Virus record (IMG/VR): IMGVR_UViG_3300033067_002359
Location: 1 to 27,363 of that record
Length of the DNA stretch: 27,363 nt
Source: a virus
Taxonomy: Duplodnaviria > Caudoviricetes
Direction: 5' to 3' (one strand)
Shown here in pieces: positions 8,742 to 17,609 of this stretch. How positions within the stretch are numbered: the stretch's first letter is position 1; each line of letters opens with the position of its first letter. Under the pieces are notes generated by a model. The model saw only the letters and a list, made by a program, of their open reading frames with translations, ran no database searches and was not told the DNA's origin. The translations under genes and the position numbers were made by a program.

Positions 8742-8778
8742 AAGCCGCATGCTGCCTAAAGCGGCGTGCGGCTTTTTT
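8742..8778 (+). terminator. Rho-independent terminator closing the capsid unit
   Basis: Stem AAGCCGCATGCTGC/GCGGCGTGCGGCTT (with G-U pairs) and a T6 run. Confidence 0.85.
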
Positions 8779-8792
8779 CATTGAGGGAAGTA

Positions 8793-9443
8793 ATGACCGC
8801 CAGGATTATTCACGGCGATCCAGACGACCTGCTGTACGTCAACGAAGCCATGCGAAGGTGCGCGACGTGCGAGAAGGCGAAGTCACTGGATTCGTTTCAG
8901 TACCGCACACTCGGATCGGGCGAGCAGACCCAGGTTCGCGTGTGCGTGGACTGCAAGGCGTGCATCAAAGAGTCAAGGGAGTTGGCCAAGGCCGAGCGAT
9001 CTCAGGGTGGTGCGGACTTGCTGGCCCAGGCGCTGTCCAGTGCCACGAGACGCCGAACTCTGCTGGAGGCATCGCCACGATCGTCAGACGGAATTCGGGC
9101 TGTCATCGAGTTTCTGGGAGGGGAGGACAAAGCCTATCGATTGGTGGGACGATCACTGAAGCGAGCGATGCGAGCGGAGAACGTCGAGGTTGCCAGAAAG
9201 GGTGCTGCGACATTCATCGATTTCTTGCTTCGAGCAGAGAAGGCCGGCGGCGAGCCGATCGACCTGTCGGAACTCACGGACGAAGATCGGTTGATGATTC
9301 TGATGGAGCCCGCCAAGCAACTCCTGATGTCCAGCAGGGAAATGCGGGAGAGCCTTCTGAATGACCCAGAGGTACGCAGCAAGATTCTGGGTGAGGCCGG
9401 AGTCAAGGTGTTGACGATCGAGAAGGAGCCGGCAAATGGTTGA
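8793..9443 (+). CDS. Putative terminase small subunit with an N-terminal zinc finger
   Basis: Overlaps the TerL start; CATC...CVDC motif; helical; 'IDLSELTDED' is typical of TerS C-termini. Confidence 0.55.
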   Translation: MTARIIHGDPDDLLYVNEAMRRCATCEKAKSLDSFQYRTLGSGEQTQVRVCVDCKACIKESRELAKAERSQGGADLLAQALSSATRRRTLLEASPRSSDGIRAVIEFLGGEDKAYRLVGRSLKRAMRAENVEVARKGAATFIDFLLRAEKAGGEPIDLSELTDEDRLMILMEPAKQLLMSSREMRESLLNDPEVRSKILGEAGVKVLTIEKEPANG

Positions 9444-12162
9444 TCACAATCTCGCTGCCCGAGTGATGCTCGACCAGAAAGATCGCGTCATCTCGGCCAT
9501 CGACATGTTCCGGCCGACGGAGCAACAGGAAGAGTTCATCCGCGAGTTCTCGCGAGACTGGGGACTGGAGTTTCTCGTTGGCGGCGGTAACCGGTGTCTT
9601 GCCGGATGCCAAGAAATCTACGATCCGGTTACCAAGACGCACACGCGAGTGGACAGTATCCACGGCGACTTCCATGTGTGGTCAAGAGATCCTCGCACTG
9701 GTCGCAGGATTATCTCGAAAGCCAGCAAGCCGTTCATTAAGGGGTATGAAGACTTCTACGAAGTGTTTCTGTCCAATGGACAATCGATGATCGTCACTGC
9801 CCAGCATCGGTGGCTGGCTGCAGACGGTTCTTGGTGTTCCGCGCAGGATCAGATGCGTTCTTTCGACAGTTCTCCAGAACACGTGCGTACCCCTCTGGCG
9901 TCCACTTCGGGCACTTTCCTTTCAGGGTTTCCGCGAGATGATCTGCGTTGCAGGAGAACAACTCAAGATTGTCCGGCCGATTGTCGTTCCTCACATCGTT
10001 TTTGTGATGCACAACCTCTTCGTCAAGAAGGAATCGGCGCACCATTCCTTCCATTACGAGCCGATGTTCAAGAATGTATCCACTCTTCCTGCAGAATGGA
10101 TGATTGGGGGCATACACAAGGATGTAGCCGTCATCGTCTTGAAACCGACCACCCTTCCACTGCGGATGCTCGCTTCCCGACTTTGGCCCGACTCGCCGAC
10201 GCGGTATTCCTGCAGCCTTCATCGCCTTGTTCACAGTCTTTTGCGGCTCGCCAAAGTGATCAGCGATTTGCTGAATGGTCTGCCCGGACGCATACATTTT
10301 CGCGATCTCAGGAAGATGCTTGGCAAGACGGCTTCGCGGGGCCGGGACCCCAAGAGACTTCAGGTGCGTTGCCACAGTCGCGGCGCAAAGCCCTGTTAAC
10401 TGGCAAATCTCCGGAATTCGAAGACCCTTGTGGGCGTGTTCTTCAACCAAATGTCGAGCATTGCGAGGCATCATTTATCTCCAGTGGCGTAAATGTAATC
10501 GGCTACGCATGGCATAGTAGGGGCGATGTCTGGGATTTTGAAGTCCCGGAAACAGGCAATTACGAGTGTGCTGGAATCGTGAGTCACAACAGCGGCAAAT
10601 CAGTGGTGGTAACGATTTGCATCGCGGCGGGTGCGTTGAACAGGCCGATTACGTTCCGCGATGGAACCAAGGTTCACATGCGGCCAGAACGCTGGCGGTC
10701 CGAGGCCCTCAAGATCTGGCTCGTCGGATACGACCACCGGCATATCGGCAAGACGCTGTACCGGTTGCTGTTCATGCCGAACTTGTTCCGCATCGTCCTG
10801 GATCCTCTCACCAAGCGATGGCGATCTTACGATCCGACGCGAAGCGACGAAGTCTCGTTTGACAAGACGCGGCCGTCTCCTCCGGTGATTCGATACGCCG
10901 ACCTGGTAGGCGGCGAATCAGGCATCTCGTGGGAGAACAAGAAAGAACACCAGATCGCAAGCTGCACGCTCAAGCATGACGGTACGCGAATGGAGTTTTT
11001 CGCTTCGACAGGCGCAAAACCGCAGGGTGACCCGGCCCACCTGATTTGGATGGACGAAAAGATTGCCGACGAGCGATGGTACTCGGAACTCCAGGCTCGT
11101 TTGTGGGACCATCGCGGCAAGATGGTTTGGACGTCGTGGCCCGACGTGAGCCCATGTGCGACGATCGCTGCGCTGGAGAAGCGAGCAATTGACATGAAGG
11201 GTGATCCGAAGTGCCGATCGTTTGCCTTCACGTTCAAGGGGTCCGCGAACCCATATATCGTCAGTGAGCTTCGTACTTACTCCCTGTCAACGATGGATGA
11301 AGACACCGCTCGTGCTCGTGACGAGGGTGCCGTCAACATGGAGAAGTGGAGGGTTTATCCTCGCTTCAGCCGGTTCGTTCATCGCGCGATGGCCCCAGAC
11401 GACACGCGAGGAAACGAAGGCGATGACGCACTGGCCAAGATCGTCCGCGCCGTCAACGGCATTCCTGCTGATTGGACGCGATACCTGATCCTGGACCCGG
11501 GGACCGCGAATCCGGCCGTTCTGTTCGTGGCGGTGCCTCCGCCGAACCTGGGAAACTTCATCGTTCCGTACGACGAGTTGTACCCGCACTACAGCGATGC
11601 CGAACGGGTTGCCACGCTGGTAAAAGCGAAGACTTCCGGGCAGTATTTCGAGGACTTCATCGCGGATGCCCATGCCTGCCGGCAGCAGCCGATGGGCTTC
11701 AGCGGAACGGTTGAGCAAAATTACTCTAAGCACTTTGCAGAGAAGGGTTTGCGTTGCAGGCGAAGGGGCAGTCACTTCAGTTACGGATCGGATGACGTCG
11801 ACACGAGAATCATGGTTTTGCAGAACGCCATGATGATCAAGTCCAACGGGATGCCAAAGCTCCGGGTTCTTGGATGTCCGATTCTGTGCAGCCAATTGGA
11901 GTCTTATCGATGGGGCGAGGACCCCAAACGAAACCCGACAGACAAGCCATCGAAATATCAGAAAATAGACCTAGCGCAATGTCTCGAGTACTTTACTTCA
12001 AGGGATGATTGCGGTTACGTTAAACCGCCGTTGAGCCGGCCTGATGACTTGAGGGATCCAAAATTTGTTGCCGGAGCGATTGCGAAGGCGATGGGGATCG
12101 GGCGAAAGCCACAGTCGGCTGATACTGTGTACTGCGGCTCGGGAGTTCCGAGCCGATGGTGA
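9436..12162 (+). CDS. terL: Terminase large subunit precursor containing an intein (about 576 aa after splicing)
   Basis: Splicing restores Walker A GGGNR|SGKS; Walker B LIWMDE; RNase H-like nuclease motif YLILDPG; synteny with the portal. Confidence 0.93.
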   Translation: MVDHNLAARVMLDQKDRVISAIDMFRPTEQQEEFIREFSRDWGLEFLVGGGNRCLAGCQEIYDPVTKTHTRVDSIHGDFHVWSRDPRTGRRIISKASKPFIKGYEDFYEVFLSNGQSMIVTAQHRWLAADGSWCSAQDQMRSFDSSPEHVRTPLASTSGTFLSGFPRDDLRCRRTTQDCPADCRSSHRFCDAQPLRQEGIGAPFLPLRADVQECIHSSCRMDDWGHTQGCSRHRLETDHPSTADARFPTLARLADAVFLQPSSPCSQSFAARQSDQRFAEWSARTHTFSRSQEDAWQDGFAGPGPQETSGALPQSRRKALLTGKSPEFEDPCGRVLQPNVEHCEASFISSGVNVIGYAWHSRGDVWDFEVPETGNYECAGIVSHNSGKSVVVTICIAAGALNRPITFRDGTKVHMRPERWRSEALKIWLVGYDHRHIGKTLYRLLFMPNLFRIVLDPLTKRWRSYDPTRSDEVSFDKTRPSPPVIRYADLVGGESGISWENKKEHQIASCTLKHDGTRMEFFASTGAKPQGDPAHLIWMDEKIADERWYSELQARLWDHRGKMVWTSWPDVSPCATIAALEKRAIDMKGDPKCRSFAFTFKGSANPYIVSELRTYSLSTMDEDTARARDEGAVNMEKWRVYPRFSRFVHRAMAPDDTRGNEGDDALAKIVRAVNGIPADWTRYLILDPGTANPAVLFVAVPPPNLGNFIVPYDELYPHYSDAERVATLVKAKTSGQYFEDFIADAHACRQQPMGFSGTVEQNYSKHFAEKGLRCRRRGSHFSYGSDDVDTRIMVLQNAMMIKSNGMPKLRVLGCPILCSQLESYRWGEDPKRNPTDKPSKYQKIDLAQCLEYFTSRDDCGYVKPPLSRPDDLRDPKFVAGAIAKAMGIGRKPQSADTVYCGSGVPSRW
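9794..10474 (-). CDS. HNH homing endonuclease with two N-terminal HTH-like repeats, encoded antisense inside the intein
   Basis: GSEHPQWKGG, DGYILVYAPNHP and GYILEHRLVME...EEVVHHKNDVRNDNRPDNLELF (HNH_3-type motif intact). GGAG RBS lies 4 and 7 nt before tandem ATGs at 10474 and 10471. Confidence 0.92.
   Translation of the reverse strand: MMPRNARHLVEEHAHKGLRIPEICQLTGLCAATVATHLKSLGVPAPRSRLAKHLPEIAKMYASGQTIQQIADHFGEPQKTVNKAMKAAGIPRRRVGPKSGSEHPQWKGGRFQDDDGYILVYAPNHPFCRKSGYILEHRLVMEGMVRRFLLDEEVVHHKNDVRNDNRPDNLELFSCNADHLAETLKGKCPKWTPEGYARVLENCRKNASDPARNTKNRLQPATDAGQ
10514..10542 (-). promoter_or_regulatory. Candidate sigma70-like promoter for the antisense HNH gene
   Basis: Minus strand TTCAAA-17 nt-TACTAT (4/6 and 4/6 matches to consensus), about 40 nt upstream of the ATG, within the intein C-terminal coding sequence. 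Confidence 0.3.
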
Positions 12163-12166
12163 CCAT

Positions 12167-12196
12167 GACCCTCGGTTAATTTTTGCCAGGGGTCTG
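12167..12196 (+). repeat. 30-bp near-palindromic element, copy 2
   Basis: GACCCTCGGTTAATTTTTGCCAGGGGTCTG, 4 nt after the terL stop and followed by T5. Confidence 0.9.
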
Positions 12197-12224
12197 TTTT
12201 TCAAGCGGTGGGAGGCAATGTTTC

Positions 12225-12593
12225 ATGTCAAACGAAGTAACGGTTGTTCCAGGTGACTTTGTGCACTGGTATCCAGGTGGCCGGGTTGACGGCGATCCGT
12301 GTCCGGCGTTGGTTCTCCGCGTGCACAACAAGAACATGTTGTCGCTGAATGTCTACAACATCGAAACCGGGCAGGCGACTGTTCGAAACAACGTGTGGCC
12401 GGTTGATCATCAATCATTGATCGACAGCCCTCTGCTGGCCGCAAAGCACGGGGCATGGACGCACACTCGCTGGAAGCTCATGCAAGCCGTCTCTCAAGAG
12501 TCGGCTGTCATGCAGAACCAGCCGGTCGAGAAGCCGGTCGAGTCGACCGAGAAGCCGCGACTGCAAAAGAAGATGGATGCTCAGCCCGCGTAA
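12225..12593 (+). CDS. Hypothetical protein, possibly SH3-like fold
   Basis: GGAGG RBS before ATG 12225; 'PGDFVHWY...PALVLRVH...LSLNVY' pattern. Confidence 0.65.
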   Translation: MSNEVTVVPGDFVHWYPGGRVDGDPCPALVLRVHNKNMLSLNVYNIETGQATVRNNVWPVDHQSLIDSPLLAAKHGAWTHTRWKLMQAVSQESAVMQNQPVEKPVESTEKPRLQKKMDAQPA

Positions 12594-12610
12594 CCTTGCA
12601 GGTGACCTGA

Positions 12611-15172
12611 ATGGCAACCTCGACAGACCGATACCACTTCGTGACCTCGCCACTCTGCAAAGTGTGGGAGGGGTTGCTGCGTCGCGCGATCGATAGCAAG
12701 AAGGGGTACAACGATCGTTGCAAGCAGGTAGAAGAGTTCTACTCGGGCATGGCGAACTTCATGTGGACTCCAAACTACATGAGCAAGTTCATGGGTGGGA
12801 CAACAGGTCTGGTCCCACCCAAATTTCAATTGACGATCAAGAAAGCTTTCGAGTACGTCGCTGTGATGAAGCCAATGCTGTTCTGGCAATTGGCTGCACG
12901 CAAGGTGATCCCTCACGAGATGCTGGAACTGGACCCAATGGCCCTGTTCGGCATTCCAGAGTTGCCACCAGATCAAGAGCCTGATCCGCAGACGGCCGCT
13001 GCCATCGAATACGCTTCATCGCTTGCCGGGGAGCAGGCGATGATGAACCAGCGAAACCAGATGCGAGCGAAGCTCATGCACTGCGCGCTGAACTACTTCC
13101 CGAGGGAGCAGCCAGGTGGGCTGTCGAGCCATATCAACGCGTGCTTGGACGACGTGCTGCTTTACGGTGCGGCGTTCATGATGACCGAGCCGTACCAGTT
13201 CCCGAAGTCAGATCGCACGTTGGTGAAGTCCGTCCGCGTGCCGTCAAAGGATGTGTTTGTCGATCCCGATTGCACAGATCCGCTGTGGTTGAGTGCCAAG
13301 TGGATCGCGATCCGGCATGAGTGGACCTATACCGAAACCGAACAATACTTCGACCTGCCGCCGGGTTCTCTCCGTGAATACGGCACGCGAATGACGACGA
13401 GTGCTCGATGGCAACGCGGGTCAGAGCGATCGCCAGTAGAGATGGGTGAATCGAAGAAGGATCTGATTGAATGGTTCGAGATCTACTCTCGAGCCGGCTG
13501 CGGAAACCAGTTGACCGGGACCCGCAAGGAAATCGAACCGGAGTTCGACGAAGCCTGTGACGGCAATGCAGCGTACCTGTGCGTGACGTGGGGGTGCCCT
13601 TACCCGTTGAATATCCCTTCGGGTAAATTGATGGGCGGGATCTTCAGCGAAGCCCAGGAGCTTGGCGAGGAGCCTCCCGGAGCCCCGGTGGAGTGGGTCC
13701 AGGAGCGTCTTCGCTGGCCGACCGAATATTGGCGAGACGACAAGTGGCCAATCACGAAGTTGTCGTTCTACAGTCACACGGCAAACAGCATCTGGCCAGA
13801 GCCGCCACTGTCGCCGGCGATTGGCGAACTGACCGCACTGAACATCCTGATCTCTGCATATGTTCAGACGGCGTACGATAATCGGCAGACCATCATCGGC
13901 GTCATGAAGGGGATGGTCGAGAATCTCCAGCACTTGATTGACTCTGGCAAGAGTCCGCTGGTTGTGGAGATGGATCCATCTGGACAGGCTATTTTCGACT
14001 CCGTCCAGAAGATCATCCAGTTCATGCAGCGGCCCGAGATCAATCAGGATGTCCCAAAGACGATTGCCTTTTTGGAGCATCTGATCGAACAGCGAACCGG
14101 GATGTCTCCGGTGCTGTATGGGGAATCTGCCGGAGCCAACCCCCGTTCTGCGGCGGAATACCAAGGCCGGCAGAACAGCGTGAATCTGCGACCGGAGTAC
14201 ATGCGGAAGTGTGTGGCCGAATGGCAGTCTGCCATTGCGGACCTGGAGATGTTCTGTGCGTGGAGCCATGTCCAGTCTTCGGACTTGAAGGAGCAGCTTG
14301 GCCCGCTCGGCATGCCAGCATGGGACATGCTCGTCACAAACGAAGACCCGGAAGCCATCCTTCGCGGTGCCCAGTGCATTGTCGAGGCATCCGAGATCGC
14401 GCGACCGAACAAGGATCGCGACGCTCAGATGCTGGATCGAATGCAGCAGGTTTTGGTTCCGATCCTCGCCGGGCACTTGGCACAGCACAACGACCCAACT
14501 CCGCTCAACGGATTCTGGGAGGCGATTGGAGAGGCGACCGACATCGACGTCTCGAAGTTCCTCATTCCGATGCCACAGCCAGACAGCGAATCTCTCCAGA
14601 TGCAACAGGCCATGCAGCAGGCCCAGTTGGATCAGGCCAACGCCGAGGTTGCGAAGACCGAGGCGGAGACGCAGAAAATCTACCACGAGCTTCAGGGCGG
14701 CGAAGTGGAGGAAGAGGTCAAACTGCAGGAAATGCAGTTGAAGCAAGAAGAAGCCACGCACCAGATGATGCTCCGCGAGGAAGAGGCCAATCTGAAGAAA
14801 GATCAGGCAGAGCATCAGATGATGCTGAAGTTCCACGAGGCGGAACTCAAGGCAGACGCGGCCTCGATGCAAAACGCGACCAAGCTTGATTCGGCACTGC
14901 AGCAGATGACCTTGAAAGAGAAGCAGGCAAATCAGGACCTTCTCAACAAGGAGCGGCAAGCCGCCCAAGCGGCCAGGCTCCGCGAGGACCAGGCAAGGCA
15001 CCAACTGGCGCTTCAGTTGTGGCAGGCCAAGCAGCAGGCCCGGCAAGCGGAGGCAACGCACCAACTGTCGATGACACATGCTGACGAGAAGGCGGCAGCG
15101 GACGCCCGCCGCTCGAACATGATCAATGCGTCCAGGATGATGATGAGCGGGCTTCGGTCTGCAGGTTCGTGA
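12611..15172 (+). CDS. Portal protein with a long C-terminal Q/A/E-rich coiled coil (P22-like architecture)
   Basis: Near terL; 853 aa; 'DVFVDPD' and 'RTGMSPVLYG...RSAAEY' portal-like segments; about 190-aa helical tail. Confidence 0.8.
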   Translation: MATSTDRYHFVTSPLCKVWEGLLRRAIDSKKGYNDRCKQVEEFYSGMANFMWTPNYMSKFMGGTTGLVPPKFQLTIKKAFEYVAVMKPMLFWQLAARKVIPHEMLELDPMALFGIPELPPDQEPDPQTAAAIEYASSLAGEQAMMNQRNQMRAKLMHCALNYFPREQPGGLSSHINACLDDVLLYGAAFMMTEPYQFPKSDRTLVKSVRVPSKDVFVDPDCTDPLWLSAKWIAIRHEWTYTETEQYFDLPPGSLREYGTRMTTSARWQRGSERSPVEMGESKKDLIEWFEIYSRAGCGNQLTGTRKEIEPEFDEACDGNAAYLCVTWGCPYPLNIPSGKLMGGIFSEAQELGEEPPGAPVEWVQERLRWPTEYWRDDKWPITKLSFYSHTANSIWPEPPLSPAIGELTALNILISAYVQTAYDNRQTIIGVMKGMVENLQHLIDSGKSPLVVEMDPSGQAIFDSVQKIIQFMQRPEINQDVPKTIAFLEHLIEQRTGMSPVLYGESAGANPRSAAEYQGRQNSVNLRPEYMRKCVAEWQSAIADLEMFCAWSHVQSSDLKEQLGPLGMPAWDMLVTNEDPEAILRGAQCIVEASEIARPNKDRDAQMLDRMQQVLVPILAGHLAQHNDPTPLNGFWEAIGEATDIDVSKFLIPMPQPDSESLQMQQAMQQAQLDQANAEVAKTEAETQKIYHELQGGEVEEEVKLQEMQLKQEEATHQMMLREEEANLKKDQAEHQMMLKFHEAELKADAASMQNATKLDSALQQMTLKEKQANQDLLNKERQAAQAARLREDQARHQLALQLWQAKQQARQAEATHQLSMTHADEKAAADARRSNMINASRMMMSGLRSAGS

Positions 15173-15181
15173 GGAGGGGAA

Positions 15182-15730
15182 ATGGGTACGCGGTTGGCGA
15201 TGAACAAGACGGCAAGGGAACATATCTCGATTCCAGTCTGCATGGTGGGTGAGCCAGAGGAGGTTTTGGATCGATACCGCGATTTGATTGAGCAGGGGCA
15301 GTCGCCTGGAATGGCGTCGATCCTTGCCACTCGACAAGCTCCAGGATTGGAGACAGCAACCAACCACTTCGTCGGGATGAAATCCCTGAAGGAAACCTGC
15401 GGGGCTGACTACGACGCGTTGATGCGGAACCTTGCTCGAAAGGCCGGGATTCCAGTCAACGAGCACAGTCGATACAACGGCACTGTCGCAGACCATCGGA
15501 GAGGCGGAGATCCCGACGCGTGGATTCACAACGGCGAGAGCCCTGACAAGTGGCGAAAGGTGTGCGAAAAGCGGGGCATGTCGAGCGAGGACCTTCGCAC
15601 GAGGGACGATGGCCGGATCCATGAAATTGAGGCCAAGCGAGAGCAGCGGATCAACAAGCAGAAGCGAGAGCGAGCGGCTCGTGAGGAGTTCATCTCGGAC
15701 CGAAAGAAGAAGATTGGCGTTCCGGAGTGA
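15182..15730 (+). CDS. Hypothetical protein
   Basis: GAGGAGG RBS; tight spacing after the portal. Confidence 0.7.
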   Translation: MGTRLAMNKTAREHISIPVCMVGEPEEVLDRYRDLIEQGQSPGMASILATRQAPGLETATNHFVGMKSLKETCGADYDALMRNLARKAGIPVNEHSRYNGTVADHRRGGDPDAWIHNGESPDKWRKVCEKRGMSSEDLRTRDDGRIHEIEAKREQRINKQKRERAAREEFISDRKKKIGVPE

Positions 15731-15733
15731 GCC

Positions 15734-15934
15734 GTGGCATTCAGTGCCGGCACCATTATCGAGAAGGGCTGGTTGACGCGTGCCGTCGTCGATAACGATG
15801 ACGGCACGGTAATCAAAGCCAAGAGGATTGAGGTCAACGAAACAGGGACGTTCACCAAGGATCAGTTCGAAATTGCAGAAGCCGATCGATCCCAGTGGGT
15901 CCCTGTCGGGCGGATGATTGGGCACAAACCATGA
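15734..15934 (+). CDS. Small hypothetical protein
   Basis: GGAG RBS; ATGA coupling with the next gene. Confidence 0.6.
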   Translation: MAFSAGTIIEKGWLTRAVVDNDDGTVIKAKRIEVNETGTFTKDQFEIAEADRSQWVPVGRMIGHKP

Positions 15935-17079
15935 TTACATTCCAAGACCAGATCCAGCAGTTGGCTGACTCCTTCACGTTCAAGTCGAACGCCGGGGACC
16001 GCATTGTCCGCTTGGCAACCAACGCGGTGACTGCTGCGTATCGCGACATTGGAAGCAAGAGTTCGTGGAACTACCTGCGCCGCAGGACCCAGATCAACAC
16101 GTCCGCGTCTTATTCGACCGGGACAATCCAGTACACTGCATCGACTCGCACGCTCACATTGACTGGAGGGACATTCCCGGCAAACGCAGTTTCCTGCGAG
16201 GTGCTGATCAACCGGAATGTCTACGCGGTTCAAACCCGAACGGATGGCACTCATCTTGTCCTCTTGTCGGGCCGTGCTCCAGTCGAAGACATTGCTTCCG
16301 GGACGTCGTACGCGATTGTCCAGACGCAATACATTTTGCCGAGTGACTTCATGGAGTTGCGGGGCATCACAGAACTCGAGCGGCTTTGGCGGGTGGCGTA
16401 CCTGACGCCAGAGCAAATGCTGTCGCAGACCCAGTGGTGGTTCTCGCCGACAACATCGTGGTATTTCACGATCCTGGGCGCCGGTGGATCTGGGCGGATG
16501 TATATCCAATTTGCTCCTCCACCTGACATCGCCAGGACATTCGATTTGATTTACCAGGCAAAGCCTCGCCCAAGGTCGCTGGCGACGGCGTATTCCACCG
16601 GGCAAGTCACCACGACTGTTGGCGGGACAACCGTGACTGTCACTGACGGAGTTCTTCCGGCCGGGCTGTCGTCGGGCTGCGTTTTCCGGTTCCACCCAAC
16701 CACAGTTCCGACGGGGATGTGCGGTGACAACCCCTACATCGAGGAGCATCTCGTCGCGTCACGCACGGACGACACGCATCTGGAGCTTCAGACGCCGATG
16801 CAGACCGCGACCACGACGGGGCGGTACTCCGTGGACGATCCAATCGATCTTGAGCAGATGTCGATGCAGTCTTACTTCGATCGACTCTGCGAGTACCGCC
16901 TGATGCAGAATCAGCAGGCGACCAGCGACGCGATCCGAATCAAGAATGGGGAAGTCCAGGCCGCATGGGCAGAGGCAAGGGCGGCTGATGCTCGCCTCAA
17001 TCCTGCTGCGTCTGTTATGCCACAAGTTCAGATCGGGCTTGGCGAAGCGGTCTTCTACGGAGGGATCGTGCAGCCATGA
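15931..17079 (+). CDS. Putative head-tail adaptor/neck protein with two inserted beta-rich repeats
   Basis: N-terminal helices ending 'AVTAAYRDI...WNYL', 'YILPSDF' and 'IQFAPPPD...LIYQAKP' are adaptor-like; synteny. Confidence 0.6.
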   Translation: MITFQDQIQQLADSFTFKSNAGDRIVRLATNAVTAAYRDIGSKSSWNYLRRRTQINTSASYSTGTIQYTASTRTLTLTGGTFPANAVSCEVLINRNVYAVQTRTDGTHLVLLSGRAPVEDIASGTSYAIVQTQYILPSDFMELRGITELERLWRVAYLTPEQMLSQTQWWFSPTTSWYFTILGAGGSGRMYIQFAPPPDIARTFDLIYQAKPRPRSLATAYSTGQVTTTVGGTTVTVTDGVLPAGLSSGCVFRFHPTTVPTGMCGDNPYIEEHLVASRTDDTHLELQTPMQTATTTGRYSVDDPIDLEQMSMQSYFDRLCEYRLMQNQQATSDAIRIKNGEVQAAWAEARAADARLNPAASVMPQVQIGLGEAVFYGGIVQP

Positions 17080-17591
17080 CAGGTTCGTACCGAATGGCTA
17101 TTATGCAGGAGATTTTGCGGGCACTCCGACAGGACGTCACGTTCTCGCCGGTTGCGCCAGACAGGTGCGATCCGATCAAGCCAAGTTCGATTGTCTTCCG
17201 AAAGGTGGCCGTCAAAACTCGCGAGATCAATCAAGAGAATAAGTTTGATCCCGTGTTCCCAGGGATTATTCTTTCCACGCCATATTCGGAGCCGTTTGAT
17301 CCAGGCAAGGGGGAGGTGGCACACGATGCCTATGTGTACCACTTCCTCGCACAGATCGTCGATAGCGACAACTGGGATTTGGAGGCGAATCTTCAGACGT
17401 ACTGGAAGTGGCAGGAGCAAGTCTGTCGGCTGTTTCAGTTCAACTGCATGTCGCGGATCGATGCCCCGCACGTGCTGTCCAGGGCTGTGAACGTCGATGT
17501 TGTGGACGAGAAGATTTGGCTTCGCGAGCAAAACTTTGTAGCTGGTATCCACATCACCGTGGAAGTCTGGATGACCCGTGGCTCAACGTAA
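17076..17591 (+). CDS. Putative tail terminator/completion protein
   Basis: 171 aa; immediately before the tail tube; alpha/beta pattern; ATGA coupling. Confidence 0.5.
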   Translation: MTGSYRMAIMQEILRALRQDVTFSPVAPDRCDPIKPSSIVFRKVAVKTREINQENKFDPVFPGIILSTPYSEPFDPGKGEVAHDAYVYHFLAQIVDSDNWDLEANLQTYWKWQEQVCRLFQFNCMSRIDAPHVLSRAVNVDVVDEKIWLREQNFVAGIHITVEVWMTRGST

Positions 17592-17609
17592 CGTAAGGTA
17601 GGTGACAAG

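Larger units (their letters stand above)
9595..10590 (+). mobile_element. Class 1 intein (332 aa) in the TerL Walker A motif
   Basis: Block A CLAGCQEI, block B VTAQHRWL (TxxH), block F VWDFEVPETGNY, block G GIVSHN followed by Ser+1. Confidence 0.95.

Noticed and set aside
8636-9364. 242-aa alternative + frame ORF
   Set aside because: R/G-rich off-frame translation that crosses a terminator; the 8793-9443 frame has the RBS and motifs.
9938-10399. 153-aa second + frame ORF inside the intein (possible third coding layer)
   Set aside because: It is the codon-register shadow of the minus-strand HNH gene, which supports the HNH as the real gene.
14581-15120. Q/A/E-rich coiled coil as a tape measure protein
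   Set aside because: It is the in-frame C-terminus of the portal ORF, consistent with a portal barrel.
13421-15925. 834-aa minus-strand ORF
   Set aside because: Codon-register antisense shadow of the portal and the next two genes, which all share one frame. L/H/R-rich with no motifs, unlike the HNH inside the intein.
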